From contig CANJLF010000002.1 of assembly GCA_947475295.1 (NCBI GenBank), positions 120,690 through 184,689 on the forward strand: 64,000 bases of DNA, in the 5' to 3' direction. This DNA comes from Fidelibacterota bacterium (GTDB taxonomy: Bacteria > Pseudomonadota > Alphaproteobacteria > Rhodospirillales > Rhodospirillaceae). The notes under the pieces are model-generated. The model was not told where the DNA came from. It ran no database searches and saw nothing but the letters and a program-made list of their open reading frames with translations. A program made the position numbers and the translations under genes. Within the stretch, counting starts at the first letter, position 1; the number at the start of each line of letters is the position of its first letter. This document shows positions 31,156-40,887 of the stretch, piece by piece.

Positions 31156-32037
31156 TTAATTCACCCGGCTGCGTTCGCCCTTGGCCAAGGCAATCTCGAT
31201 GACATTCAGGCCATCTTTGTTGAGACGCGACGGGTACATGTCTTTCAACCGGTCCTCATGGACGGGGATAACGCGGCGCGTATCGTCGCCGACCAGACTC
31301 AACATGCGGTTGGTCGTCGCGATAAGATTGTAGTGGCTACCGGTGGCGAGACCGACTGGGATCGGCGCTCCGTCTCCACCGTCGAACCCGCGCAGGTTTT
31401 CCTGGCAGTAGACCAGATCGCCGGCAAAGACATAGCTGTCGGCGCTGTCGGCCTTTTTGCCGTCGTTGCGAACGCGGACGAACATGCAGCCCCATGTATG
31501 GCTGTCGAGTGCCGCATGAACATCAATCCCCGGCAGGACATCCTCGCGGTCGCCGTCGACGATCACGAGACGGCCACCCTTGGCCGAATTCACCATGCGA
31601 ATGATGTCGGCCGGGTCGATGGCGACTGTCAGAGCGTTGTATTTGCTCCCCAGCGATAGCGCCCAAATCCACTTGGAGAGTTCCTGTTCTTGGATGTAGT
31701 AGCGCGCATTGGGGAATTCGCCGGTGCCGCCGATGTGATCGAAGTGCGCATGGGTAATAAAAATATCGGTCACCTGTTCGGGCGTCACGTCGCACTGGGC
31801 CAGGATCTCGCGTGGTGAATGCCAGTTCTGGACGCCGTACGTGGAGGCGAAGGTGGCACCCATGTCCTTATTGTTGAATCCGACATCCACCATGGCCACG
31901 CGCCCCTTGCCCTTAATCAGGACATAACCATAGGGAAGCTTGCGATGACCTTGGTTGTGCGCGCCGTAGATGATGCCGCTCACAGGAAAATTAGGGACGT
32001 AGGCATATTCCAGAACCCAAATTGAATATTCGCTCAT
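31156..32037 (-). CDS. MBL-fold metallo-hydrolase (N-acyl-homoserine-lactonase-like family)
   Basis: ITHAHFDHIGG HxHxDH zinc motif. GGTGAGGAA Shine-Dalgarno upstream. Confidence 0.75.
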   Translation of the reverse strand: MSEYSIWVLEYAYVPNFPVSGIIYGAHNQGHRKLPYGYVLIKGKGRVAMVDVGFNNKDMGATFASTYGVQNWHSPREILAQCDVTPEQVTDIFITHAHFDHIGGTGEFPNARYYIQEQELSKWIWALSLGSKYNALTVAIDPADIIRMVNSAKGGRLVIVDGDREDVLPGIDVHAALDSHTWGCMFVRVRNDGKKADSADSYVFAGDLVYCQENLRGFDGGDGAPIPVGLATGSHYNLIATTNRMLSLVGDDTRRVIPVHEDRLKDMYPSRLNKDGLNVIEIALAKGERSRVN

Positions 32038-32059
32038 GATATTTCCTCACCCTTAAAAC

Positions 32060-32422
32060 TTAGTGCGGTGTGGCCCCATCGCGCGGCGCACAGCATGCTT
32101 GACTGACATCGACGATTTCGAAACCCGGCAACGCATGGCCCGCCCACCTGAGTTGTTGGTAGGCGGATTGCAGCGGCACAAGCACTGAGTCGACGCGCGC
32201 GCGCGCCATGGCGCTGAGATGTAAATCCTCTTGCGCCCGCCTGAGCGCCACGCCCATCGCCGCGAGCGCGGCGATCAGATGCTGATGGTGGTGTGTGGCG
32301 CGCGCGGTGGGGCGCACGCTGCGAATCCCGTCGCTGACGCGTTCGAAGGTCTGACGTGCCGTTGCAAACAGCGGATGGTCTTGCGTGACGGTCTTAGAGC
32401 CAGCGGCCGCGAGAACCAGCAT
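32060..32422 (-). CDS. hypothetical helical protein
   Basis: GC-rich third positions. Ends 22 nt upstream of the MBL gene start. No Shine-Dalgarno seen and no family recognised. Confidence 0.3.
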   Translation of the reverse strand: MLVLAAAGSKTVTQDHPLFATARQTFERVSDGIRSVRPTARATHHHQHLIAALAAMGVALRRAQEDLHLSAMARARVDSVLVPLQSAYQQLRWAGHALPGFEIVDVSQACCAPRDGATPH

Positions 32423-32467
32423 GCCGGCTATTTGCCCAACGGCGTGCTTTAAATCCTCGAAATGAGG

Positions 32468-32617
32468 CTAAGTCTTGAGCACATAGTCGATGGTGCTATC
32501 ATCGAGCGTATTGCCAAGCTTACTGGCAGTGGTGTTGTGGTCTTCGCAACCACAACCGCTTTCCGCCGCAGCGGCATCGAGGTGCAGTTCAGGCCGTAGG
32601 CCGTGATCGATCCGCAT
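32468..32617 (-). CDS. candidate 49-aa small ORF (MRIDHGLRPELHLDAAAAESGCGCEDHNTTASKLGNTLDDSTIDYVLKT)
   Basis: ATG preceded by GGGGGAGGGGACG (a GGAGG Shine-Dalgarno at ideal spacing). It is the only plausibly coding part of the listed 32468-32881 ORF. Confidence 0.3.
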   Translation of the reverse strand: MRIDHGLRPELHLDAAAAESGCGCEDHNTTASKLGNTLDDSTIDYVLKT

Positions 32618-32892
32618 CGTCCCCTCCCCCGCCGGCCCAGGCCATGGTTGCCGCACAGCCTGGCCGATTTCAAGCAAATTGTGACACCTGAAACTTATCG
32701 GGAAAGTATACAATTTAGCGCCCTTCTTGAATCGCCGTGAATCAGGCGCTTTCGCATTGAATGATCTCAAATTTGAGGTCGAGGCTGACCGATTTGGCAA
32801 CACCCGGAGAGACGATCGGGCAACATTCGGCTGACTTGACCAAGCAGCCGCCGCGATGCAACCTGCATAGGTGGCTCGCAAGGAGTGGTATA

Positions 32893-33693
32893 ATGCCCGA
32901 TCAGGCGGTCTATGAGATCTATGCGATCAAATACGCGCATTTGTTCCGCCACTCCCCTGCGAACTTCATTGGCGGCGACGAACACGACGTGCCGATGCCG
33001 CTCGATTATTTCGTCTGGGCGATCAAGGGCCGCGATCGGACGTTGATCCTTGATACCGGATTCTCCAAGGAAATGGGCGACAAACGCAAACGCCAACACC
33101 TGCGCTCGCCAGCGGTCGGACTGAAAGCGATCGGCGTCGAGCCCGATCAGGTCCGCGACGTCATTATTTCGCACATGCACTACGATCATTGCGGCAACTA
33201 CGACCTGTTTCCCAACGCCACCTTCCATCTGCAGGATAAGGAAATGGCCTATTGCACCGGCCGTTGCATGTGTCACGCCAATTTGCGCCACGCATACGAC
33301 GCCGACGATGTGACGGCCATGGTGCGGCGCATCTATGAAGGCCGCGCTATGTTCCATGACGGCACAAGCGAAATCGCACCCGGGATCACGGTGCATCATG
33401 TCGGCGGCCATACCAGCGGTCTGCAGATCGCGCGGGTGATGACACGACGCGGATGGATGGTGCTGGCCTCCGATGCCTCGCACTTCTACGCCAACTTCCA
33501 GCAGCAGCGCCCGTTCCCTGTCGTCGCGAACGTACCCGAGATGCTGGAAGGGTATCGCACCATGAACGCGCTGGCGTCGTCGCCGGATGCGATTATCCCC
33601 GGCCACGATCCCCTGGTGATGAAACAATATCCGGCCGCGGCTCCCGGCCTGGAAGATATCGTCGTCCGGTTGGACGCAGACCCGAAGGCGTAG
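32893..33693 (+). CDS. MBL-fold metallo-hydrolase (N-acyl-homoserine-lactonase-like family)
   Basis: ISHMHYDHCGN HxHxDH motif. Start moved to ATG 32893 (MPDQAVYEIYAIKY), which follows an AGGAG Shine-Dalgarno at 32881. Confidence 0.75.
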   Translation: MPDQAVYEIYAIKYAHLFRHSPANFIGGDEHDVPMPLDYFVWAIKGRDRTLILDTGFSKEMGDKRKRQHLRSPAVGLKAIGVEPDQVRDVIISHMHYDHCGNYDLFPNATFHLQDKEMAYCTGRCMCHANLRHAYDADDVTAMVRRIYEGRAMFHDGTSEIAPGITVHHVGGHTSGLQIARVMTRRGWMVLASDASHFYANFQQQRPFPVVANVPEMLEGYRTMNALASSPDAIIPGHDPLVMKQYPAAAPGLEDIVVRLDADPKA

Positions 33694-33750
33694 CGGCAAA
33701 TCGGTTTTTACTTTCGGACCTCGATAGCATGACCACGGAGTCACACAGCG

Positions 33751-35148
33751 ATGTCCCCTAGTAGCTATCATATGCGTAACTCTCACCCTTCCCTTGCTCG
33801 TCGGATGGCGCGGCGCATAACGGCGGTGCGTTACGAAGACTTCTCGCCCGACACCATCGTCCGACTCAAGCTGTGCCTCCTCGACCTCTTCGCCTGCGCC
33901 TTCGAAGCGCGCGATTTGCCGTGGAGCCGCCGCGCTGCTGCACTTGCCGCCACTGAAAGCGGGCCGGCAACAATTCTTGCCACCGGCCAATCAGCATCCA
34001 TGGCAGCCGCGGCCCTGGCCAACGGAGTCGCCGGGCATGGTCTCGTGCGTGAGGATATGCATGCGGGCAGCGTCAGCCATCTCGGCGTCGTGGTCTTGCC
34101 CGCGCTACTGGCGCTCGCCCAACGCAGGCCCGTTCATGGCCGCGACTTTATCGCCGCCGCGGTCACCGGTTACGAGGCGGGCGCACGTCTCGGCCGCGTC
34201 CTCATCACGCCGGACTTCGCGCGCTTCTTCCGGCCGACCGGATTCACCGGTCCGATCGCGGCGGCCAGTGCGGGCGCGCGGCTGCTTGGCTTCGATGAAG
34301 CGGCGTGCACCAGCGCCATTGCGCTTGCGGCCAATACAGCATCGGGATTGAACCAGTGGCCGCACGAAGGCAGTGAAGACATGTTTTTCCACCCCGGCTT
34401 TGCCGCACGCAGCGGCGTGACCGCGGCGCTGCTCGCCGAACTCGGGGCTGAAGGATCCGAGGGCGCGCTGGATGGGCCGGCCGGTCTCTTGACCGCCTAT
34501 CTCGCGGGCAAGCCTGTCCCCGACATTAAATTGTTCGACGGCCCTCCAGAACTGCTCGCGGTTTATAATAAGCCGGTGCCGGCGTGCAATTTCGCGCAGA
34601 CCCCATGCCAGGCAGCGCTTGCCGCCGTGCGCGGTCATGCCATCGCAACGGCCGACATCCGCTGGGTTCGCATCGCGGCTTCTTTTGCCGCGGTCAAATA
34701 TCCCGGCTGCGACTATGAAGGGCCGTATAGAACGCGCCTTCAGGCGAAAATGAGTATCCAGTTCAGCGTCGCGGCGGCGCTGCGCCGTGGCGTGATTGCC
34801 GAAGCAAACTATGAGCATCTCGACGATCCTGAAATCATGCGGCTGGTGCGGCTAGTGCATCTCGAAGCCGACAACGGATTCACCGCGGACTTCCCGGCGC
34901 GACAGGGATCGCGGATCGAAATCGAATTGGCCGATGGCCGGAAGCTCAGTGAAACGCTCGCCGATGTCGTGCCGGCGACCGAGACCGAGATCCGCGCCAG
35001 GTTCCGCGCCAGCGCTATCGAAACCTTGGGCGCCCCACGCGCGAGCGCAATCGAGCAGATGATCGACCGCCTGGAAACGGCGCCCTCGGCCGGCGATCTT
35101 CCGCGTCTTGCAGCGACTGCGCACAACGCCGCGACGTCAGCGGCCTAG
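33751..35148 (+). CDS. MmgE/PrpD family protein (2-methylcitrate-dehydratase-like)
   Basis: Length of ~465 aa, and N-terminal ...YEDFSPDTIVRLKLCLLDLFACAF... typical of the family. Confidence 0.8.
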   Translation: MSPSSYHMRNSHPSLARRMARRITAVRYEDFSPDTIVRLKLCLLDLFACAFEARDLPWSRRAAALAATESGPATILATGQSASMAAAALANGVAGHGLVREDMHAGSVSHLGVVVLPALLALAQRRPVHGRDFIAAAVTGYEAGARLGRVLITPDFARFFRPTGFTGPIAAASAGARLLGFDEAACTSAIALAANTASGLNQWPHEGSEDMFFHPGFAARSGVTAALLAELGAEGSEGALDGPAGLLTAYLAGKPVPDIKLFDGPPELLAVYNKPVPACNFAQTPCQAALAAVRGHAIATADIRWVRIAASFAAVKYPGCDYEGPYRTRLQAKMSIQFSVAAALRRGVIAEANYEHLDDPEIMRLVRLVHLEADNGFTADFPARQGSRIEIELADGRKLSETLADVVPATETEIRARFRASAIETLGAPRASAIEQMIDRLETAPSAGDLPRLAATAHNAATSAA

Positions 35149-35159
35149 AAACGCCTGCC

Positions 35160-35885
35160 TCAGTACATGACCATGCCGCCGTCGGCGACCAATGTGGCGC
35201 CATGAACGAAGGATGCCTTGGGCGACAACAACCACGCGATCCCTTCGGCGATCTCCTCCGCTGTGCCGAGACGGTTGAAGGAAGACAACCCCTCCATGCG
35301 TTGCCTGATCGCCGGATCGGCCATGGGCCCGGCGGCGAACGGGGTATCGATGACTCCCGGCGCTATGGTGTTCACGGCGATGCCTTGGGGCCCCAGCGTG
35401 CGGGCGGCGTTCTTGGTCAAGGCCAGGATCGCACCCTTACTGGTGGCATAGGAGATCGTTCCCATGAGGCCGCCGCCGCGCAAGCCCGCGACGCTCGAGA
35501 CGGTGCAGATACGCGCGCCGGAAGCCATCAACGGCACGGCTTCACGAATGCATACAAAGGTGCCGACCACGTTCACGTCGAGGATACGGCGGAAAGCATC
35601 GGCCGTCGTATCCATCAAGGTTGCTGTCTCAAAGATCCCGGCGCATGTAGCCAAAGCATCGAGGCCGCCCAATTTCATTTTGACTTCACGAAAAGCGGCG
35701 ACGACAGAGCTTTCATCCGCAACATCGACTGCGATCACCGGATGGCCGCCGGCGACTTTGCGCGCGGCATCCGCATTGCGGTCGAGGCATGCAACCGTCC
35801 AACCCTCGCGGATCAGAAGCGCCGCCGTCGCAGCACCGATGCCGCTGCCGGCCCCCGTGACCGCTACCCGCTTGCCCACGCCCAT
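35160..35885 (-). CDS. SDR-family oxidoreductase
   Basis: VAVTGAGSGIGAA Rossmann motif, YATSKGA catalytic YxxxK. Start placed at MGVGKR. Confidence 0.85.
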   Translation of the reverse strand: MGVGKRVAVTGAGSGIGAATAALLIREGWTVACLDRNADAARKVAGGHPVIAVDVADESSVVAAFREVKMKLGGLDALATCAGIFETATLMDTTADAFRRILDVNVVGTFVCIREAVPLMASGARICTVSSVAGLRGGGLMGTISYATSKGAILALTKNAARTLGPQGIAVNTIAPGVIDTPFAAGPMADPAIRQRMEGLSSFNRLGTAEEIAEGIAWLLSPKASFVHGATLVADGGMVMY

Positions 35886-36019
35886 CGTTTCGACCCTCTT
35901 CAATCTGATCCACCGCAATCGGCCGATCCTAACGCGCCGCCCCGCGTCTGGACTATACTCTCCCGCAGCATATCAGCTATAGAGTGCCAATCATCAACCG
36001 GGTGCCGGCGGAGAGAGTC

Positions 36020-36913
36020 ATGGCGAACAAAAAATTAGGTTTCATTGGCGTCGGACGGATGGGCGGCCGGATGGCTTCGCGGCTCATCGACGCCGGGCAT
36101 GAGCTCGTTGTCTGCGACCCCAGCGCCGAAGCGGTTGCCGCACTTGTGGCACGCGGTGCGCGCGGTGCGAAGAACGCCAAAGAGGTTGCTTCCGAGGCCG
36201 AGGTCGTCTTCGCCAGCCTGCCCACGCCGCCGGTCGTGGAAGCCACGGCGCTCGGCGCCGACGGCGTAATGCACGGCTCGAAGATCAAGGTTTTCATCGA
36301 CACCTCCACCACCGGACCGCGCGTCGCTGCGCGCGTCGCCGCCGGTCTTGCCGCCAAAAACATCGTTGCTGTCGACGCGCCGGTGAGCGGTGGGTTGGCC
36401 GGCGCGCAGAACGGCACATTGGCCATCATGGTATCGTGTCCCAAGGATACCTATACGGCGCTGGAACCCATTCTCAAGAATCTCGGCAAGCTGTTCTTCA
36501 TCGGTGAGAAGCCCGGTTCGGGCCAGGTGGTAAAGCTCGCCAACAATTTGATGGCTGCTTGTGCGCTGGCGATCACCTCCGAAGCGATGGTGATGGGCGC
36601 CAAAGCCGGCATCGACGCCCAGACAATGATCGATGTCTTCAATGTCAGCAGCGGACGCAACACGGCCACGGTCGACAAGTTTCCCAAGGCGGTTCTGACG
36701 CGAACCTTCGATTTCGGCTTTGCCACCGGCCTTTCCTATAAGGATGTCAGCCTGTGCATCGACGAAGCGGAGGCCATGGGCGTGCCGACCATCGTCGGCA
36801 GCGCCGTGCGGCAATTCTTGGGAATCACCAAATCACTCTTCGGCGCCGAATCGGACTTCACCTCGATGTGCAAGACCGTCGAGCAATGGGCCAAAGTCGA
36901 GGTTCGCGGCTAG
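36020..36913 (+). CDS. NAD(P)-dependent oxidoreductase, 3-hydroxyisobutyrate-dehydrogenase family
   Basis: LGFIGVGRMGGRMA dinucleotide fold and ...DAPVSGG...GTLAIMV... pattern. Start at ATG 36020. Confidence 0.85.
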   Translation: MANKKLGFIGVGRMGGRMASRLIDAGHELVVCDPSAEAVAALVARGARGAKNAKEVASEAEVVFASLPTPPVVEATALGADGVMHGSKIKVFIDTSTTGPRVAARVAAGLAAKNIVAVDAPVSGGLAGAQNGTLAIMVSCPKDTYTALEPILKNLGKLFFIGEKPGSGQVVKLANNLMAACALAITSEAMVMGAKAGIDAQTMIDVFNVSSGRNTATVDKFPKAVLTRTFDFGFATGLSYKDVSLCIDEAEAMGVPTIVGSAVRQFLGITKSLFGAESDFTSMCKTVEQWAKVEVRG

Positions 36914-36948
36914 CTACCTGCAGCCACACAAAAATAAGGGGAAGCACC

Positions 36949-37335
36949 ATGAGCAAAGACGTATACGACCGCGGATTGGAAATCCGTAAATCAGTCATCG
37001 GCAAAGAGTTCGTCGATAAGGCTTTTGCCACCGCCGACGATTTCAACCGGCCGCTTCAGGACCTCATAACCGAATATTGCTGGGGCGCCGTGTGGGGCCG
37101 TCCGGGCATTTCGAAGCAAACGCGCAGCATGCTCAATCTGGCAATGCTCAGCGCCCTCAATCGCCCCCAAGAATTAAAGACGCATGTGAAGGGCGCTTTG
37201 ACGAACGGCGTCACCAAGGACGAAATTCGCGAAGTGCTGATGCAGGTCGCGATCTATTGTGGCGTGCCTGCAGCCGTCGACTCATTCCGCATCGCTCGCG
37301 AAGCCTTCACCGAGATCGACGCGGCGCAAAAATAG
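36949..37335 (+). CDS. carboxymuconolactone decarboxylase family protein (PcaC-like)
   Basis: EYCWGAVWGRPGISKQTRSMLNLAMLSALNRPQELKTHV...EIREVLMQVAIYCGVPAA. Start at ATG 36949. Confidence 0.85.
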   Translation: MSKDVYDRGLEIRKSVIGKEFVDKAFATADDFNRPLQDLITEYCWGAVWGRPGISKQTRSMLNLAMLSALNRPQELKTHVKGALTNGVTKDEIREVLMQVAIYCGVPAAVDSFRIAREAFTEIDAAQK

Positions 37336-37351
37336 AGCGCGGCATCAGGTC

Positions 37352-38728
37352 TTAGAAATCCACGTCCCTCGTCTCTTCACCCATCGCCGCTCCGATCGTG
37401 GCGATGACCGCGCCGATAAAAAGCAGCACGGCCGGTGCCGCCTGTGGAGAGACGAGATTGCCGAGCCATCCCAGATAGACGGCGTAGAAAGACGGCAAAA
37501 CCACTGACAGACTAAAGCCGATACCAAAGCCCGTGGCCCGCACTTCCGTCGCGAACCGCTCATTGATGTAGGTGATGATTACACCCCACGGAGCGGTAAC
37601 CAGCACAGCAAGCATGCAGACCAGCAGAATGATCTGCGGCAAGGGAGCTCCTGCGCTATTGGCGAGCGTGTAGAGAAGGCCGACGCCAGCCGTCGCGATC
37701 AGTACGCCCAGGATGATGAAGGCGCGGCGACGGCCGATTTTCTGCCCGAGAATGCCGGCGCCGATATAGCTGAAGAACAGGATGCAATAGGTGATGATCA
37801 GCGTCGTCGTCAGTTCGAATTTCGACAGCTTCAGCGTCTGGGCCAGCAGCGCCGAGGGCATATAAATTGTGATGATGTTCTGCGTGGTCCAAAAGCCGGT
37901 CATCATGAGCAGGACCTGGGCCAGTTTGCGAACGTTCGATCCCCTGAAAAGCCGCGCGGCGGCAGGCTTCTTGATGCCTTCCTTGGTTTTGACTTGCCAG
38001 ACCTCTGATTCCGAGACCTTCTTCCAGTAGTAGTACGCCAGCCACCCGGCGAGAGCCGCCCCGATGATGAACGGAATGCGCCAGCCCCACACGGCGTAAG
38101 GCGAATCCATCCCATCGAGGGGAACGAGCGCAAACATGACCAGCGCTACCAGGCTGATCGCGACATAGGCGGCGGGGAAGGCCGCGATGATCAGACCGCC
38201 CACGAAGCCACGTTGGTCCTTGCGTGAATATTCCATGGCTAGAGGATGACTCGCCGTGTAGCCGCCGCCGAGACAAACGCCGTCCAGAAAACGGAGCAGC
38301 AAGAGCAGCAGATAAGATGAAATGCCGATCGTCTGGTAGCTCGGCAGGAGCGCAATCAGCAGGGTGAATATGCCAAAGCCCACCACTGAAATGATCGAGG
38401 ATTTGCGACGGCCGATGCGGTCGGCCATCCGGCCGAAGATCAGGGCGCCGACAGGACGACCGAGCAGCGTCGTAATAAAAATAAATGAGTTTAGAATCGC
38501 CGCCAGGCCGGGCTCGATCTCGGCGGGTTGGAAATAGCCGAGCACGGGGGTGAGGACCACCACGGGCAGATAGATATCGAACATGTCGACGAACTCGGTG
38601 AAAAACGCGCCTTTGATCGCAGTGCGCCTCTTTACCTCGATACCGTCATGCGAAGTGACTGTACCCACAGCCTGTTCATGTGCGGCCACGGCATTTTCCC
38701 CTAAGAGCGCCCGTGGTCCAACTTCCAC
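37352..38728 (-). CDS. MFS transporter (metabolite:H+ symporter-like)
   Basis: ~12 hydrophobic segments. FTEFVDMFDIYL and GRMADRIGRRK motifs of the MHS type. Exact start uncertain. Confidence 0.8.
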   Translation of the reverse strand: MEVGPRALLGENAVAAHEQAVGTVTSHDGIEVKRRTAIKGAFFTEFVDMFDIYLPVVVLTPVLGYFQPAEIEPGLAAILNSFIFITTLLGRPVGALIFGRMADRIGRRKSSIISVVGFGIFTLLIALLPSYQTIGISSYLLLLLLRFLDGVCLGGGYTASHPLAMEYSRKDQRGFVGGLIIAAFPAAYVAISLVALVMFALVPLDGMDSPYAVWGWRIPFIIGAALAGWLAYYYWKKVSESEVWQVKTKEGIKKPAAARLFRGSNVRKLAQVLLMMTGFWTTQNIITIYMPSALLAQTLKLSKFELTTTLIITYCILFFSYIGAGILGQKIGRRRAFIILGVLIATAGVGLLYTLANSAGAPLPQIILLVCMLAVLVTAPWGVIITYINERFATEVRATGFGIGFSLSVVLPSFYAVYLGWLGNLVSPQAAPAVLLFIGAVIATIGAAMGEETRDVDF

Positions 38729-38763
38729 AGGCGCCGATTTATTTTTGCGTTATCGCAATTTGG

Positions 38764-39432
38764 TTAGTTCTGGGCTTGCTCCCGAGGGGATTCCAGCATT
38801 TTCTGCTGGCTCTCGACCGCTTTCTGCTTCTGAGCCACCAAATCCTTCTCGCAGGTCTTGAGATCGGGGCAATAATTTTCAGGCATGCGGCCCGACACTG
38901 GGTTCTTATAGGAGAACCACATCGGCTTGATGTCCGGCCAGGAGATCATATCGCCGGGTGCGGAGCCATGATGGCGCAGCGGCATCGAGGTGCGCGGAAT
39001 GTCGGCGGGGAAATTGCGCAAAGGCTCGATGGCCTGCTTCACCGGCGCGCGCGCCGGCGCTTTGGGTTCATCGCGCGACCATCCCGATTTCCAGCTCGCG
39101 GAGGTGAGATAGGGTTGGTCCGGAGCCCCCACGTCCAGCTTGAAGACGCCGTCTTCCATCTTGATGACGTTGTTGGGGTACATGCCGTCGGAAATGCCCG
39201 CGCCATATTCAGAGCGGGTGTCGAAATGGAGCAGATAGTGACGGGCAGTGGCGGATTTGCCGTCTTCCGCCACGTCGATCACCGGCTGCATCATCCAGTG
39301 ACTGGCCGACGCCAAATTCGGCTTGGTAGCTGCCGCCGCAAACGCCGGCGAACTCACCATGGTCACGGTGGCCGCACTTGCCATAAGCCCAAGCGCGTCA
39401 CGGCGGTTTATGCCTTCAATCTTGTTGCTCAC
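38764..39432 (-). CDS. Tat-signal protein of unknown function
   Basis: GTG start after a GGGGAGG Shine-Dalgarno. N-terminus VSNKIEGINRRDALGLMASAATVTMVSSPAFAAA (RR motif, h-region, AxA). Upstream of and co-oriented with the MFS gene. Confidence 0.55.
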   Translation of the reverse strand: MSNKIEGINRRDALGLMASAATVTMVSSPAFAAAATKPNLASASHWMMQPVIDVAEDGKSATARHYLLHFDTRSEYGAGISDGMYPNNVIKMEDGVFKLDVGAPDQPYLTSASWKSGWSRDEPKAPARAPVKQAIEPLRNFPADIPRTSMPLRHHGSAPGDMISWPDIKPMWFSYKNPVSGRMPENYCPDLKTCEKDLVAQKQKAVESQQKMLESPREQAQN

Positions 39433-39699
39433 AATCAGCCTCCCCTTGTTGAAATTTTTGGTGACGTGCTCTGAACGGACATAAACGGTGTTCCCGCACT
39501 GGGTGGTTGGCAATAGTGAGCCCGACACAGTGATAACCATGTGTATTGTATGCAATCAGTCTCGTATTCTTCCGCGCTGCAGCTAAAGCGGTCAGCGCAC
39601 ATTTTCGTGCAGTTATGTTTTTGATGCGCCGCCTCGGATGCTAATATCTACTATCGCAATCCGGCATATCCCCAAGCCGGAGCACTCAGGGAGGAGACC

Positions 39700-40887
39700 A
39701 TGGATAAAGACACAAAACTGCCGCGGCGCCGACTTCTTCAGGCTGCGGCCATAGCCGGCGGTCTGCCGCTTCTTCAATCCGCATATTCATCCATGCCCGC
39801 AGCGGCGGCGGAGACCTCCGAGTTTACACCGTACCCCATTCGGAATGATCTCAAGCCCACAGGTACTGGCTCCGCAAAAACGACCATCGGCTCAGGCCCT
39901 GTGCGTATTGCGGTTCTCGACGACCCGATGCGGTTGGTTGCAAAACTTTCTGATTGGGCGCCTGTGACTGGCCGCGCCACGGTCGATATCTACCACGATC
40001 ATATTTACAACCAGGATGCCCTCGCCCGCCGGCTGGCGCCCTACGACATCATCGTCATGGAGCGCTACCGTACGCCCATCAGGGCGGAGGTGATCGCCAA
40101 ACTGCCCAAACTGAAATTTGTTGTCGCCACAGGTGCTGATTTCTCCGAATTCCTCGACCTGCCCCAATGTAAAAAGCAGAACATCCAGGTCTCCTCGGCC
40201 GGCGGCGGCGGCGTTCCCGGCGGCGGCGGTGTCGAAGAAGTTGCGTGGGCACTTACCATGGATCTCGCCCGCCAAGTGACCTGGCACAACAACGATATGC
40301 ACGCAGGCAAGTGGCAGATCAGGCCCAGCAACGGACTGGGGGGAAAGACCGTCGGCTGTGTCGGCTTGGGGAACCAAGGCCTCAAGATGGTCCAGTTCGC
40401 TAAAGCCTTCAGAATGAAGACCGTGGCCTGGAGCATGAACATGACGGACAAACAGGCCACAGACGGTGGCAGTACGCGCGTTGAGTTCAAAGACCTTTTG
40501 GCGCAAAGCGACTTCGTAATCATTAATTATCGGTACGGCGAGCGCTCGCACCACCTCTTTAAAGCCGAGCACTTCGCGCAGATGAAACCCACCGCCTATC
40601 TGGTCAACACTTCACGCGGACCGGTTGTGGACGAAACCGCCATGCTGGCGGCGCTGAAGTCGAAGCGCATCGCCGGCGCTGGCCTCGATGTGTTCGGCGT
40701 TGAGCCCCTGCCCACCAACCATCCGTTCGTCGGCATGGACAACGTGATCATGACGCCGCATATCGGCTACCCGACTGTCGAAAGCGTGCAGGTTATGTAT
40801 GCCCGTGCCGTGGAAAGCCTTGTCGCCTATCTGGACGGCAAGCCGATACGTCTGTTGGACCTGGACAAGAAGTATGGAGAAACCTGA
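39700..40887 (+). CDS. D-isomer-specific 2-hydroxyacid dehydrogenase family protein with N-terminal Tat-type signal
   Basis: GKTVGCVGLGNQGLKM NAD fold, NTSRGPVVDE and MTPHIGY catalytic region. N-terminus MDKDTKLPRRRLLQAAAIAGGLPLLQSAYSSMPAAAAE. Confidence 0.8.
   Translation: MDKDTKLPRRRLLQAAAIAGGLPLLQSAYSSMPAAAAETSEFTPYPIRNDLKPTGTGSAKTTIGSGPVRIAVLDDPMRLVAKLSDWAPVTGRATVDIYHDHIYNQDALARRLAPYDIIVMERYRTPIRAEVIAKLPKLKFVVATGADFSEFLDLPQCKKQNIQVSSAGGGGVPGGGGVEEVAWALTMDLARQVTWHNNDMHAGKWQIRPSNGLGGKTVGCVGLGNQGLKMVQFAKAFRMKTVAWSMNMTDKQATDGGSTRVEFKDLLAQSDFVIINYRYGERSHHLFKAEHFAQMKPTAYLVNTSRGPVVDETAMLAALKSKRIAGAGLDVFGVEPLPTNHPFVGMDNVIMTPHIGYPTVESVQVMYARAVESLVAYLDGKPIRLLDLDKKYGET

Noticed and set aside
32767-33990. 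407-aa ORF on the minus strand (also 50322-51428, 52510-53442, 24487-25347, 28824-29543, 44031-44786, 16954-17889, 18383-19309 and many others)
   Set aside because: These lie antisense to or overlap confidently identified genes (MBL/PrpD, phaZ, bioA, ETF-QO, dsbD, glcB and others). Their translations are Arg/Gly/Ala-rich with no motifs. They are typical shadow ORFs of high-GC DNA.
39460-39497. ECF/EcfG-type promoter (GGAAC ... CGTT) within the shared upstream motif
   Set aside because: GGAAC is present in both copies. However, the spacing to a CGTT is 12 nt in one copy and absent at 16-17 nt in both, so it does not fit the GGAAC-N16/17-CGTT consensus.
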